DNA from: Solirubrobacteraceae bacterium
Lineage (GTDB): Bacteria > Actinomycetota > Thermoleophilia > Solirubrobacterales > Solirubrobacteraceae
DNA length: 64,000 nt
Direction of reading: 5' to 3'
Assembly: GCA_035483595.1 (NCBI GenBank)
Contig: DATHPU010000008.1
Coordinates: 7,762 to 71,761 of the forward strand
Positions 1 through 14,135 of the stretch are shown here, in pieces. Position 1 is the stretch's first letter. Each line of letters starts with the position of its first letter. The notes below the pieces were generated by a model. The model did not search any database. It saw nothing but the letters and a program-made list of their open reading frames with translations, and had not been told where the DNA came from. The translations under genes were made by a program, and so were the position numbers.

Positions 1-407
1 GTGTCCGCGTGCTCGCGCGCCCGCGTGGCGAACGCCGCGGTCAGCTCGCGCGCGCCCGCGACGATCACCTCGCCGGCGGCGCGCAGCTGCAGCGCGAGCG
101 CCGTGTCGAGCACGTCGGAGGAGGTCAGCCCGAAGTGGATCCAGCGCCCGGCCTCGCCGACGGACGCGGCGAGCACGTCCACGAACGCGGCGACGTCGTG
201 GTCGGTGACGAGCTCGCGCTCGTTGACCTCCGACACCGTGAACGTCGCGCCGCGGATCGCGCGCAGCTCATCCTCGGTGGGGCCTTGCTGGCCGAGCAGC
301 GCGGGCAGCTCCTCGCAGGCGGCCAGCTCGACCTCCCGCCAGCTGTCCATGCGGGCCTCGTCGCTCCACAGGGCGGCCAGCTCCGGGCGTGCGTAGCGTG
401 CGATCAC
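1..407 (-). CDS. purB: Adenylosuccinate lyase, 5' part (runs off window)
   Basis: Hand translation from GTG 407: MIARYARPELAALWSDEARM...RWIHFGLTSSDVLDTALALQL (HxGLTSSD signature); not in ORF track because no stop in window. Confidence 0.93.
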   Translation of the reverse strand, partial: MIARYARPELAALWSDEARMDSWREVELAACEELPALLGQQGPTEDELRAIRGATFTVSEVNERELVTDHDVAAFVDVLAASVGEAGRWIHFGLTSSDVLDTALALQLRAAGEVIVAGARELTAAFATRAREHAD

Positions 408-448
408 AGCTGTGATTATTGCCGCCCGCCCGCCCGGAGCTCGGGCGG

Positions 449-1153
449 CTATTCGTTGGCGGTCGTCTGCAGCGCGCTCAGCTGCGGGTCGAACGCCTTG
501 AAGACGACTCCGGTGGTGCCCTCGATCGGGACGCAGATCAGCGCGAGCGTCGTGGACGTGGTGGTGGTGAGCTGCGCCTGCAGGGGCATGTCGGTGTCGC
601 CACCGTATTCCCCCGCGGTGCCGGTGGGGGCGAGCGTCTGCAGCCAGACCGACTCGTCGATGGCTTTGCCCGCCGGTTCGAGGATCTCCGGGGTGCCGGC
701 GCTGTCGGCGATCCCGCACGCGACCACCACGAACAGGGGCGTTTTTGCTTCGCCGGCGAGCAGCGTGACCTGCGCGCTCACGAGGTAGGACCCGGCGGGG
801 AGCGTCCGCGAGAGGACCACGTCTTCGCCGCCGGTCGCCAAGCGGGTGGGTTCGCTGCCGACCCTCGACGTGCCGAAATCGACGCCCACCCCACTTGTGC
901 CCTGCTTGCCGGCCGCACCCGGGGCGCCGGGGGCACCCGCGGGGCCCGCCGAGCCGGTCGAGCTGAAGGAGAGCCTGTGCTCCCCGTGACGGCACTTGGC
1001 CTTCGCGCTGACGACCCGCATCGCGCCGCTCTTCTTGCTCACGCAGGCGTAGATGGTCGTCGCGCCGGCGGCGGAGGCGACCGCGAACGCCAGCAGCACG
1101 ACAGCTCCCGACGCTGCTCCGATCGCACGCATGGCCTTCACGAGGCGCATCAT
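449..1153 (-). CDS. Secreted collagen-like protein (signal peptide, TIYACV domain, short GXY repeat)
   Basis: Signal peptide ending AxA, TIYACVSKKSG..C..E motif, GSAGPAGAPGAPGAAGKQG; ATG overlaps purE stop (ATGA). Confidence 0.8.
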   Translation of the reverse strand: MMRLVKAMRAIGAASGAVVLLAFAVASAAGATTIYACVSKKSGAMRVVSAKAKCRHGEHRLSFSSTGSAGPAGAPGAPGAAGKQGTSGVGVDFGTSRVGSEPTRLATGGEDVVLSRTLPAGSYLVSAQVTLLAGEAKTPLFVVVACGIADSAGTPEILEPAGKAIDESVWLQTLAPTGTAGEYGGDTDMPLQAQLTTTTSTTLALICVPIEGTTGVVFKAFDPQLSALQTTANE

Positions 1154-1599
1154 GCGCCGAGGATCTGCGCGGCGAGGACGGCGGCGTTGCGCGGGTTGTC
1201 GAGACCAACGCACGCGACGGGCACGCCGGGTGGCATCTGCACGATTGACAGGATCGCGTCGAGTCCGCCGGCGGCGGTCAGGCGCCCCGAGAGCGGCACG
1301 CCGATCACTGGCAGGTCGGTGTGCGCGGCGACGGCGCCGGGCAGCGCCGCGGAGATGCCGGCGCCGGCGATGATCACGCGCAGGCCGCGCATGCGCGCGT
1401 TCTTGGCGTATTCGGCGACGAGGTCGGGCTCGCGGTGCGCGGACATGACCCGCATCTCGTGCAGGATGCCGCGCTCTTCGAGCTCCTTGGCGGCCTTCTC
1501 CATCGTCTCCATGTCGCTCTTGGAGCCCATCACGATGCCCACGCGCGGCGCGTCGACGTCGATGTCGTCGAGCTGCGCCTGCACTTCTGACTCCTCCAT
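1150..1599 (-). CDS. purE: N5-CAIR mutase
   Basis: VGIVMGSKSD, VMSAHR, IIAGAG, LPVIGVP, SIVQMPPGVPVA motifs; alternative start GTG 1692. Confidence 0.95.
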   Translation of the reverse strand: MEESEVQAQLDDIDVDAPRVGIVMGSKSDMETMEKAAKELEERGILHEMRVMSAHREPDLVAEYAKNARMRGLRVIIAGAGISAALPGAVAAHTDLPVIGVPLSGRLTAAGGLDAILSIVQMPPGVPVACVGLDNPRNAAVLAAQILGA

Positions 1600-1693
1600 G
1601 GGGCTCGGCACGAGCGAGATGCCGGGGGCGCCCGCGGGCCTGCCCTCGTGCGCGGAGGTTCCCTCTTTGTGCTCGCCGGAGATGCCGGCCACG

Positions 1694-1975
1694 TTACAGG
1701 GACGCGATGAAGTCGTCGATCGGGATCGCGGCCAGCGTCTCGTAGCGGGCGGTGCCGCGCGAGCCGAGCTCCAGCGACAGGCGCGCCATCGCGCCCTCGT
1801 CGGGAGCCTCGACGACGGAGATGAAGTCGATGTGGCCGAGCGTCGCCCACTGCGCCTTGACGGTCGCGCCCAGCTGTTCCACCTCCTTGTTGACCTCGTT
1901 GATCCGCTGCGGGTTGTTCTTGACCGTCTGCACGCCGTCTGGCGTGAGCGTCGTGAGCATGATGTAGGTGGGCAT
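1694..1975 (-). CDS. GYD-domain family small protein
   Basis: MPTYIMLTTLTPDG..., WATLGHIDFISVVEAPD pattern; RBS GGAGGA upstream. Confidence 0.8.
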   Translation of the reverse strand: MPTYIMLTTLTPDGVQTVKNNPQRINEVNKEVEQLGATVKAQWATLGHIDFISVVEAPDEGAMARLSLELGSRGTARYETLAAIPIDDFIASL

Positions 1976-2095
1976 GTCTGGCTCCTCCGGAGATCGGCGT
2001 CGTGGGTGCTTGGTACGCGCACACGCGGTTCTAGCGGATCGCGCGAGCGAGCGCCACCCCCACGGACCGGCCAAGCACCGGCGGCCTCAGCTGCG

Positions 2096-2123
2096 CTGCG
2101 TCAGCTGTTCTGCGTCAGCTGTT
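2096..2123. repeat. 14-bp tandem duplication CTGCGTCAGCTGTT x2 spanning the stop codon of the collagen-like gene
   Basis: Exact copies at 2096-2109 and 2110-2123. Confidence 0.75.
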
Positions 2124-2819
2124 CAGCGCCGTCTGCACCGCGACGATCTGCGAGAAGGCGGCGCCGATCTTCAGTTCGTGTTCCTGGGGGGACAGATCGG
2201 AGCACGCGAGCGAGACGAAGGTGGTCGCTTTCAGCGTCACGGCCGCCGCCAGCGACAGCGTCGTTTCGCCGATCAGTTTTCCCGAGTCTTCCACGAGGCC
2301 CGTGTTCCACCCGGCCGAGTCGAGCGGCGCCAGACCGCCGTCGAGCAGCACACACACGGCCGCCGCCCGGATGGGCACCGCCGACGCGGTGGCCGACACG
2401 ACGGTCTTGGCGGTCAGGATGTAGCTACCGGCGGGGAGGCTCCTGGTGACGATCACGGCTTCTTTGCCCGTGAATTCCGTGAATTCGGGCTTGCCCGCGG
2501 AGTAGCCGTTGACGGCGCCGTTCGTGCCGTTCGTGCCATTGGTCCCGTTTTTGCCTGCTTGGCCGGTTTTTCCCGTCGCCCCGTTTTTGCCGTTGGCGCC
2601 ATTCCTGCCGGCGGGACCCGGCGTGTTCCACAGCAGCCGCGTCTCGTTCCTCCTGCACCTGGGCTTGTGCGTGAACACCCGGGCGACGCCGGTCCTCTTG
2701 TTGACGCACGCGTAGATCGTGGCGGCGCTCGCCTGCGAGGCCACGCTCAGGGCACTAAGCGCCGGCACGGCGATCGCGACGGCGAGGGGCGTGAGACGGC
2801 GGTTGGCTGCTGAGCGCAT
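2115..2819 (-). CDS. Secreted collagen-like protein (paralogue of 449-1153)
   Basis: Signal peptide, TIYACVNKRTG..C..E motif, GPAGRNGANGKNGATGKTGQAGKNGTNGTNG; RBS GGAGG. Confidence 0.82.
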   Translation of the reverse strand: MRSAANRRLTPLAVAIAVPALSALSVASQASAATIYACVNKRTGVARVFTHKPRCRRNETRLLWNTPGPAGRNGANGKNGATGKTGQAGKNGTNGTNGTNGAVNGYSAGKPEFTEFTGKEAVIVTRSLPAGSYILTAKTVVSATASAVPIRAAAVCVLLDGGLAPLDSAGWNTGLVEDSGKLIGETTLSLAAAVTLKATTFVSLACSDLSPQEHELKIGAAFSQIVAVQTALNS

Positions 2820-3016
2820 GATGTTCCTCCGGTTTCGCGGACCGCCGCCGGAGACGACCGCCCGCGTGCAGGGCGGTAGCGACGGACCGGTTCCGACTCG
2901 TGGCATTCCTTTAGGGCATGCTCGCAGCTTCTGCGCTCAACCGTTGCAGCAGAGGCCTCGGATGCGATGCAGCGTCCGCGCGACGTTCACGGTCACCGCG
3001 CCGTAGCGCGCGACGA

Positions 3017-5683
<2,667 letters not shown>

Positions 5684-5686
5684 GGT

Positions 5687-6145
5687 CTATGACCTCTTCG
5701 GGGGATTGCCAAACGGGGAACGCGCGTCGACCGCGCGCACGAGCTCGCGGCCGCCGCGGTAGGGAACGGCGAGCTCGGCGCGGAAGGAGCGGCGCACCTC
5801 CTCGAGCTCCTGCGCGAGGCGCACCTGCGCCTGCAGCGCTTCGAGCTCGATCGCTTCGATGCGCCGCTGCATGCTCTCGATCTCCTGCTCCAGGCGCAGC
5901 ACGCGCTCGACGCCCGCGAGGTTGAGGCCGAGCTCGGCCGTCATCTCCTGGATGCGCCTGAGCTTCTCGACGTCCTCCTGCGAGTACAGCCGCGTGCCCT
6001 TGGGCGAGCGCTGCGGCTCGATCAGCCCGCGTGACTCGTACATGCGCAGCGTCTGCGGGTGCATGTTGGCGAGCTGCGCGGCGACCGAGATCATGAACAC
6101 GCCGCGGTCGGTCTCGAGCGTGATGGTGGTCGTCTTACGTTGCAT
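5687..6145 (-). CDS. hspR: MerR-family heat-shock repressor HspR
   Basis: [19 protein letters not shown]...GLNLAGV; position directly after dnaJ. Confidence 0.92.
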   Translation of the reverse strand: MQRKTTTITLETDRGVFMISVAAQLANMHPQTLRMYESRGLIEPQRSPKGTRLYSQEDVEKLRRIQEMTAELGLNLAGVERVLRLEQEIESMQRRIEAIELEALQAQVRLAQELEEVRRSFRAELAVPYRGGRELVRAVDARSPFGNPPKRS

Positions 6146-7319
6146 CGTCGGCTCCCTTGGCGGCCGCGTCGCCACCCGCCTTGGCGGTGCCGTCGCCGCT
6201 CGCGGCGCCGTTCTTGAACAGCCCCGCACGCGGGTTGCCGTCGAGCGCCTTCGACAGCTGATCGACGGCGCTCTGCTGCTCTTTGCTGAGCTCCTGCGGG
6301 ACGTCGATCACGAAGCGGTAGTGGATGTCGCCTTTCTCCTTGCCGCCCGAGCCGAGCTTCGGCGGGCCTTCGCCGCGCAGGCGCTGGACGGTGCCGTGCG
6401 CGGTCCCGGGGCGCACGCGCAGGGTCTTGGTGCCGTTGAGCGTAGGCACCTGCACCTCGGCGCCCTGCAGCGCCTCGGGGATGCTCAGCGGCACCTCGAC
6501 CTCGAGGTGCTCGCCCTTGCGGGTGAACAGCGACGAGGCCTCAACCTTGGTGATCAGGTACAGGTCGCCGGGCGGCCCGCCGTTGCGACCGGGCTCGCCC
6601 TTGCCGGCCAGGCGGATGCGGCTGCCGTCGCGCACCCCCGCGGGGATGTTGACGCGCAGTTTCTTGACTGTGCGCACGGCGCCGGCGCCGTGGCATGTGG
6701 GGCACGGATCCTCGATCACGGTGCCGGTGCCGCCGCAACGCGAGCACGGCTGGGAGATCGAGAACATGCCCTGGCCCTGCGTCTCGATCCCGCGTCCCTC
6801 GCACCTCGGGCACACCGACGGCGCGGTGCCGGGCTTGGCGCCGGTGCCGTGGCAGGTGGGGCAGCTGGCGTGCATCGGCACCTGCAGCGGCACCTGCGCG
6901 CCGGCGACCGCCTGGTCGAAGGTGATCGTCACCTGCGCCTCCAGGTCGGCGCCCTTCTCGGCGCGCGGCCTGGTGCGCACGCGCCGGCCGCTGGCGGAGC
7001 CGCCGAACAGGTTCGACAGGATGTCGCCCATCGACGAGCTGTCGAAGTCGAAGTTGCTGAAGCCGCCGAAGCCGCCGCCCGGACCGGCGCCGGTGGCGAA
7101 CGGGCCGGAGCCGCTGTCGTACTGCTTGCGCTTGTCGGGGTCGCCCAGCACGTCGTGCGCCTGGGAGATCTCCTTGAAGCGCGCCTCCGCCTGCTTGTCG
7201 TCGGGGTTGCGGTCGGGGTGGTACTGGCGCGCGAGCTTGCGGTAGGCCTTCTTTATCTCCTCGGGCGTGGCTTTCTTGTCGACGCCGAGCGTCTTGTAGT
7301 AGTCGGGTCGCGTTGCCAT
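6135..7319 (-). CDS. dnaJ: Chaperone DnaJ
   Basis: J domain HPD, G/F region, four CxxCxGxG repeats. Confidence 0.97.
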   Translation of the reverse strand: MATRPDYYKTLGVDKKATPEEIKKAYRKLARQYHPDRNPDDKQAEARFKEISQAHDVLGDPDKRKQYDSGSGPFATGAGPGGGFGGFSNFDFDSSSMGDILSNLFGGSASGRRVRTRPRAEKGADLEAQVTITFDQAVAGAQVPLQVPMHASCPTCHGTGAKPGTAPSVCPRCEGRGIETQGQGMFSISQPCSRCGGTGTVIEDPCPTCHGAGAVRTVKKLRVNIPAGVRDGSRIRLAGKGEPGRNGGPPGDLYLITKVEASSLFTRKGEHLEVEVPLSIPEALQGAEVQVPTLNGTKTLRVRPGTAHGTVQRLRGEGPPKLGSGGKEKGDIHYRFVIDVPQELSKEQQSAVDQLSKALDGNPRAGLFKNGAASGDGTAKAGGDAAAKGADDAT

Positions 7320-7332
7320 CCGGCACCTGCCT

Positions 7333-7929
7333 CTACGCGGCCACGACCACGCGCGCCGGGCGCAGGATGCCCTCGCCCAGCCGGTAGCCGTCCTGGTAGA
7401 CCTCGACCACGGTGCCGCTCGCCTGGCCGTCGGGCGCGGGCGCGGTGGCTACCGCCTCGTGCACGGACGGATCGAACTGCTCGCCGAGCGGGCAGAACGA
7501 CTCGATGCCGGCGCGCGCGAGCGCGCCCTTCATCTCCGTGCGCACGAGCCGTACGCCCTGCAGCAGCGGGTCGTCCTCCGCCGCGGCATCGAGCGCTCGG
7601 TCGAGGTTGTCGAGCGCCGGCAGCAGCTCCTTCGCCAGCGATCCCACACCACGATCGCGCGCCGCCGCGGCCTCGCGCGCGACGCGCTTGCGGTAGTTCT
7701 CGAAATCAGCCTGCGTGCGCTGCGCCAGTGCGAGGTAGTCGTCGCGCTGCTTGGCCGTCCTGACGAGCTCGTCCAGCTCGCCCTCGATCTCCTCGGCCTC
7801 CCCCTCCGGGGACGACGCGTCGACGACCGCGGGCGAGTCGGTCGCTGTCAGCGGGGCGCCCCCCGACGCCTGTGAAGCGTCGGGGGAGTACTCGGGCTGC
7901 TCCTCGAGCGTCTGCTTTATGTCGGTCAT
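7333..7929 (-). CDS. grpE: Nucleotide exchange factor GrpE
   Basis: [47 protein letters not shown]. Confidence 0.95.
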   Translation of the reverse strand: MTDIKQTLEEQPEYSPDASQASGGAPLTATDSPAVVDASSPEGEAEEIEGELDELVRTAKQRDDYLALAQRTQADFENYRKRVAREAAAARDRGVGSLAKELLPALDNLDRALDAAAEDDPLLQGVRLVRTEMKGALARAGIESFCPLGEQFDPSVHEAVATAPAPDGQASGTVVEVYQDGYRLGEGILRPARVVVAA

Positions 7930-7936
7930 CGGGGAC

Positions 7937-9859
<1,923 letters not shown>

Positions 9860-9889
9860 GCTTTAGATGCTCCTTCTAATACGCTTTAT

Positions 9890-9947
9890 AAATCTAAGTG
9901 CGAGTATGGCAGATTTCCTTATATGCGTCAAGTGGATACATCTGCCC
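9890..9947 (-). promoter_or_regulatory. dnaK operon sigma-A promoter with overlapping inverted repeats (probable HspR operator)
   Basis: Minus strand TTGACG (9926-9931)-N17-CATACT (9903-9908); AAATCT-N15-AGATTT at 9890-9916. Confidence 0.75.
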
Positions 9948-10080
9948 TTCCAACACCACCCCCAAACGGGGGCAGGCAGTAACCGGTACCCGGCGCGGCG
10001 CGCGTGGGTCTCGCGTGGGACGTGGTCGCTGTGTCGCCGGAGCGCGCGCGGGCGAAGCTCAGGAGCGGTAACGTCTAGGT

Positions 10081-10737
10081 ATGAACATGGTCCCGTCGGG
10101 GCCGTTGAAGCCTCGACTGCGGGGGGTCCTGCACGAGTACGGGTTCTTCGTATCGCTCGTCTGCGGCGTCGCGCTGATCCTCGCGGCATCGGACGGGCGC
10201 GCGCGTGTCGCAGCGACGATCTACGCGGTGGCGGTGTCGGGCCTGCTGGGCACGAGCGCGCTGTACCACCGCGTCACCTGGCGACCGCGCGCGCGGCGTT
10301 GGATGCGGCGGCTGGACCACTCGATGATCTTCGTGCTGATCGCCGGCACGTACACGCCGGTGGCGCTGCTCGCGCTGAGAGGCTCGCTCGCGACGACAAT
10401 CCTGATTGTGATGTGGGCGGGGGTGCTCGGGGGCGTGATCTTCAAGCTGCTGTGGATCGACGCGCCGAAGTGGCTGTTCGCGGCGGTGTACGTCGTGTTG
10501 GGGCTGGTCACGGCGGCGGTCTTCGGCGAGCTGCCCGCGGCGATCGGCTGGCTGGGAGTGGCCGGCCTGGCGACCGGGGGCCTGCTGTACGTGGTGGGCG
10601 CAATCGTGTACGCGAGCGGGCGCCCGAACCCGTGGCCGAAGGTGTTCGGCTACCACGAGGTGTTCCACACGCTGGTGCTCGTCGCGGCGGCGCTGCAGTA
10701 TGCGGTGATCGCGTTCGCGGTGCTGCCGCGCGGTTGA
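10081..10737 (+). CDS. Hemolysin III / PAQR family membrane protein
   Basis: SALYH, RRLDHSMIFVLIAGTYTP, GYHEVFH motifs; about 7 TM segments. Confidence 0.92.
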   Translation: MNMVPSGPLKPRLRGVLHEYGFFVSLVCGVALILAASDGRARVAATIYAVAVSGLLGTSALYHRVTWRPRARRWMRRLDHSMIFVLIAGTYTPVALLALRGSLATTILIVMWAGVLGGVIFKLLWIDAPKWLFAAVYVVLGLVTAAVFGELPAAIGWLGVAGLATGGLLYVVGAIVYASGRPNPWPKVFGYHEVFHTLVLVAAALQYAVIAFAVLPRG

Positions 10738-10767
10738 CGTCACGACGACCGGCCGACGCCGCCACGT

Positions 10768-11538
10768 TTACGCGAAGTTGTCCCGGCTCGGGCACATGCG
10801 CGCCAGCGCGCACTCCCCGCACGCAGGCGAGCGGGCATGGCACGTGCGCCGGCCGTGGCGCAGCAGGTTGACGTGCAGCTCGAGCCCCTGGGCGGGCGGC
10901 GTCAGCGCGAGCATCTGGTCGTGCAGCTCCTCGAACGGCGCGCCCGGCCGCAGTAGGCGCAGGCGCATGCCCACCCGCGAGACGTGCGTGTCGACCGGCA
11001 CGTCGTGCAGCCCGTACGCGAACAGCAGCACGCACGCGGCCGTCTTGCGCCCGACCCCCGGCAGCGACACGAGGTAGTCGCGCGCGTGCTCCAGCGGCGC
11101 GTCGCGGAGCCAGCTGAGCGACAGCTCGCGGTCGGCGCGCGACGCCGCGCTCCCCGCCGGCGCGCCAGGCCGGTCCCCCTCTGGGGACGACGCTGAGATC
11201 GCCCCCAGGATCGCCTGGATGCGGGCCGACTTCACCTTCGAGATGCCGCCTGGGCGGATCGCCTCCTCGACCTCCGTTACCGGCGCGTCGCGCACGGCCT
11301 CCCACGTCGCGAAGCGCTCGCGCAGGCGCAGGTAGGCGACGTCGCGATTGCGGTCGTTGGTCGACTGCGAGAGCACCGTCAGGATCAGCTCGGCGATCGG
11401 GTCGCCGTGCGGGCGCATCAGCGGAATGCCGTACACCTCGCGCAGACGTTCGCGCACTCGCAGCACGCGGGCGCGCGACGGCGGCGTCCAACCGGCGGCT
11501 GGGTCGCGGCGACGCGGACGCGCGGCGGTCGGGCTCAC
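10768..11538 (-). CDS. Endonuclease III-like HhH-GPD DNA glycosylase
   Basis: VLSQST, LPGVGRKTA, VDTHV, C-x6-C-x2-C-x5-C Fe-S motif; start approximate. Confidence 0.9.
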   Translation of the reverse strand: MSPTAARPRRRDPAAGWTPPSRARVLRVRERLREVYGIPLMRPHGDPIAELILTVLSQSTNDRNRDVAYLRLRERFATWEAVRDAPVTEVEEAIRPGGISKVKSARIQAILGAISASSPEGDRPGAPAGSAASRADRELSLSWLRDAPLEHARDYLVSLPGVGRKTAACVLLFAYGLHDVPVDTHVSRVGMRLRLLRPGAPFEELHDQMLALTPPAQGLELHVNLLRHGRRTCHARSPACGECALARMCPSRDNFA

Positions 11539-11577
11539 CGCGTCACCGTACCGGCCGGCCACCTATATCCTCGCCCG

Positions 11578-12429
11578 GTGCCCGAGGTCAGCGACCACAG
11601 CGGCGAGATCGACGTCGACGGGACACACGGCGGGCTGTCGGTCTTCTGGCGCAGCGCACCGGCGCCGGGCGCGATGGCCGGTGCGGACACGGCGGTTCCG
11701 CTGTACCTGCACGGCGTGCCCAGCAACTGCGACGAATGGACCGGGTTCCTGCGCCGCAGCGGTGGGCTCGCGGTCGACCTTCCGGGCTTCGGGCGCTCGG
11801 ACAAGCCGGGCTTCCTGAGCTACACCATCGACGAGTACGACCGCTTCATCGAGGGCTTCCTGGACGAGCTTGGCGTGGAGCGGGTGAAGCTGGTGGTGCA
11901 TGACTGGGGGGCGGTGGGACTCGCGTTTGCGCAGCGCCTGCCCGAGCGCGTGGAGCGCCTGGTGATCGTCAACTCGGTTCCGTTCCTGGCCGGCTACCGC
12001 TGGCACCGCACCGCGCGCATCTGGCGCACCCCAGGGCTGGGCGAGCTGGCGATGGGAGCCACCACCCGCTTCACCCTCCGCCTCGCATCGCGCGAGTCGA
12101 ACGCCACGCCGGGACCGATGCCGGAGCAGTGGCTGGACAGCGTGCTCGAGCACTTCGACCAGGGCACGCAGCGCGCGATCCTGCGGCTGTACCGCAGCTC
12201 GCCGCCTGACGTGCTGGAGGCGGCGGGCGCACGGCTGGGAGCGCTGCAGGCGCCGGCGCTGGTCCTGTGGGGGATGCGCGACCCGTACTTCCCCGAGCGC
12301 TTCGCGCAGGAGTACGCACGGGCGCTGCCCCACGCCGAGCTCGTGGAGCTGGCGGATGCCGGCCACTGGCCGTGGCTGGATCGCCCAGACGTGATCGATC
12401 GCGTGGTGGACTTCCTGAGCGCCGGGTGA
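11578..12429 (+). CDS. Alpha/beta-fold hydrolase (haloalkane dehalogenase/epoxide hydrolase-like)
   Basis: LHGVP, DLPGFGRSD, VHDWG, GHWPW. Confidence 0.88.
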   Translation: MPEVSDHSGEIDVDGTHGGLSVFWRSAPAPGAMAGADTAVPLYLHGVPSNCDEWTGFLRRSGGLAVDLPGFGRSDKPGFLSYTIDEYDRFIEGFLDELGVERVKLVVHDWGAVGLAFAQRLPERVERLVIVNSVPFLAGYRWHRTARIWRTPGLGELAMGATTRFTLRLASRESNATPGPMPEQWLDSVLEHFDQGTQRAILRLYRSSPPDVLEAAGARLGALQAPALVLWGMRDPYFPERFAQEYARALPHAELVELADAGHWPWLDRPDVIDRVVDFLSAG

Positions 12430-14114
12430 GCGGCACGGCGACTCCAGCCAATGCGGGGATGACGGCGGCTCCGGCAGGCTCGCCGGCGACCGCGGCGACC
12501 GGCCGCATCCCGCCCGCGTGGCTCGTCGCGGCGGTGCTGGCCGTCGCGTACCTGATCATCGCGCCGCAGAGCCCCGACCTGGCCGCCGCGAGCTACCGCA
12601 GCAGCCTGTTCTCGAGCGCCGGGTTCACGCTGTGGGACAACTCCTGGTACGGCGGCCATCACCTGCTCGCCTACTCGCTGCTCGCGCCCGCGCTGGGCGC
12701 GCTGATCGGGCCGCAGCCGCTGGCGGCGGTCTCGATGGTGGCGGCGACGGCGCTGTTCGCCCGGCTGATCGACGGCTGCTTCCCGCCGCGCGCGACGCGC
12801 ATCGCCGCGCTGTGGTTCGCACTGGGCGCGTCGGTCGCGCTGCTGTCGAGTCGCGTGCCGTTCGACCTCGGCCTCGCGATCGGCCTCGGCGCGCTGCTCG
12901 TGGCGCGCCGCGGGCATCTGACCAGCGCGCTCGCACTCAGTGCCTTGACCGCAGTGGCAAGCCCCGTCGCGGGCGCGTTCCTCGCGCTCGCGTGGCTCGC
13001 GTGGGCGCTGGGCGGTCCCGCGGGCGCGTGGCCGGTGCGTGCCTGGCCCGCGGCGCTCACGATCGCGGCGCTCGCGCCGGTGGCACTGCTCACGATCGTG
13101 TTCCCGGAAGGCGGCGCGCAGCCGTTCGCGGGCTCGGCGTTCTTCCCCGCGCTCGCCGGTGTGATCGCGATCGGCGCGCTGATCGAGCCGCGCGCTTCGC
13201 GGCCCGCGGAGCGCATGCTGCGGATCGGTGCGGCGCTGTATGCGCTCGCGCTGGTCGGCGCCTACGTGCTGCCGACCGCCGTCGGCGGCAACGCCGACCG
13301 CCTCGGCGCGCTGGCGGCGGGGCCGCTGGCCGCGTGTGTGCTCACCGGCGCCTCGCGCGGACGCCGCCGCGCGCTGATCGCGCTTGCGCCGTTCCTGCTC
13401 TACTGGCAGGCCAACGCGCCCGCGGCGGACTTCGCCTCGACTCTCTCCAACCCGTCGGTGCACGCGTCCTACTACACCCCGCTGCTGGGCGAGCTGCGCG
13501 CGCTGGACATCGGCTACGGAGACCCGCCGATGCGTCCGGCGCGCATCGAGGTGGTCGCGACCGCCGACCATTGGGAGGCGCGCTATCTGGCGCCGCACGT
13601 GATGCTCGCCCGCGGCTGGGAGCGCCAGCTGGACACCCTGCGCAACGGCATCTTCTACGAACCGTCGCGGGCGCTGACCGCGACGCGCTACCGCGCATGG
13701 TTGACCGCCAACGCGATCTCCTACGTGGCGCTGCCGCTGGGCGCCGAGCTCGACTACTCGGCGCAGGCCGAGGCGCATCTGGTCGAGACGGTCCGCCCGC
13801 CGTACCTGCGCGAAGTCTGGCGCTCGCATCGCTGGCGGCTGTTCGCGGTGCTCGGCGCCAGCCCGCTCGCGCAGCCGCCCGCGCTGCTGACCGCGGCGAG
13901 CAGCGACACGCTGACGGTGTATGCGCCGCGCCCCGGCGCCTACACGTTGCGCGTGCGCTTCACGCGCTACTGGGAGCTCGCCAGCGGCCACGGCTGCGTA
14001 GCGCGAGCGCCCGGCGGCTGGACCGAAGTGCGGGCGCGCGAGGCGGGCAGTTTCCATGTGGCGATCGGCTTCTCGCTCGCGCGCGTGCTCGGCGACGCTC
14101 CCCGCTGCAGGTGA
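12426..14114 (+). CDS. Polytopic membrane protein with C-terminal soluble domain (possible GT-C-type transferase)
   Basis: Roughly 10 hydrophobic segments; PDLAAA..WDNSWYGGHH loop after TM1; RGWERQLD; GTG overlaps upstream stop. Confidence 0.65.
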   Translation: MSGTATPANAGMTAAPAGSPATAATGRIPPAWLVAAVLAVAYLIIAPQSPDLAAASYRSSLFSSAGFTLWDNSWYGGHHLLAYSLLAPALGALIGPQPLAAVSMVAATALFARLIDGCFPPRATRIAALWFALGASVALLSSRVPFDLGLAIGLGALLVARRGHLTSALALSALTAVASPVAGAFLALAWLAWALGGPAGAWPVRAWPAALTIAALAPVALLTIVFPEGGAQPFAGSAFFPALAGVIAIGALIEPRASRPAERMLRIGAALYALALVGAYVLPTAVGGNADRLGALAAGPLAACVLTGASRGRRRALIALAPFLLYWQANAPAADFASTLSNPSVHASYYTPLLGELRALDIGYGDPPMRPARIEVVATADHWEARYLAPHVMLARGWERQLDTLRNGIFYEPSRALTATRYRAWLTANAISYVALPLGAELDYSAQAEAHLVETVRPPYLREVWRSHRWRLFAVLGASPLAQPPALLTAASSDTLTVYAPRPGAYTLRVRFTRYWELASGHGCVARAPGGWTEVRAREAGSFHVAIGFSLARVLGDAPRCR

Positions 14115-14135
14115 GCATCGTCTAGGCTTATCCGG

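Noticed and set aside
449-2819. Collagen-like genes as phage tail fibres
   Set aside because: They carry Sec signal peptides and have no phage neighbours.
2900-2915. Sigma-28 promoter or c-di-GMP riboswitch upstream of the collagen-like gene
   Set aside because: CTAAAG is present, but there is no GCCGATAA at correct spacing and no GEMM consensus.
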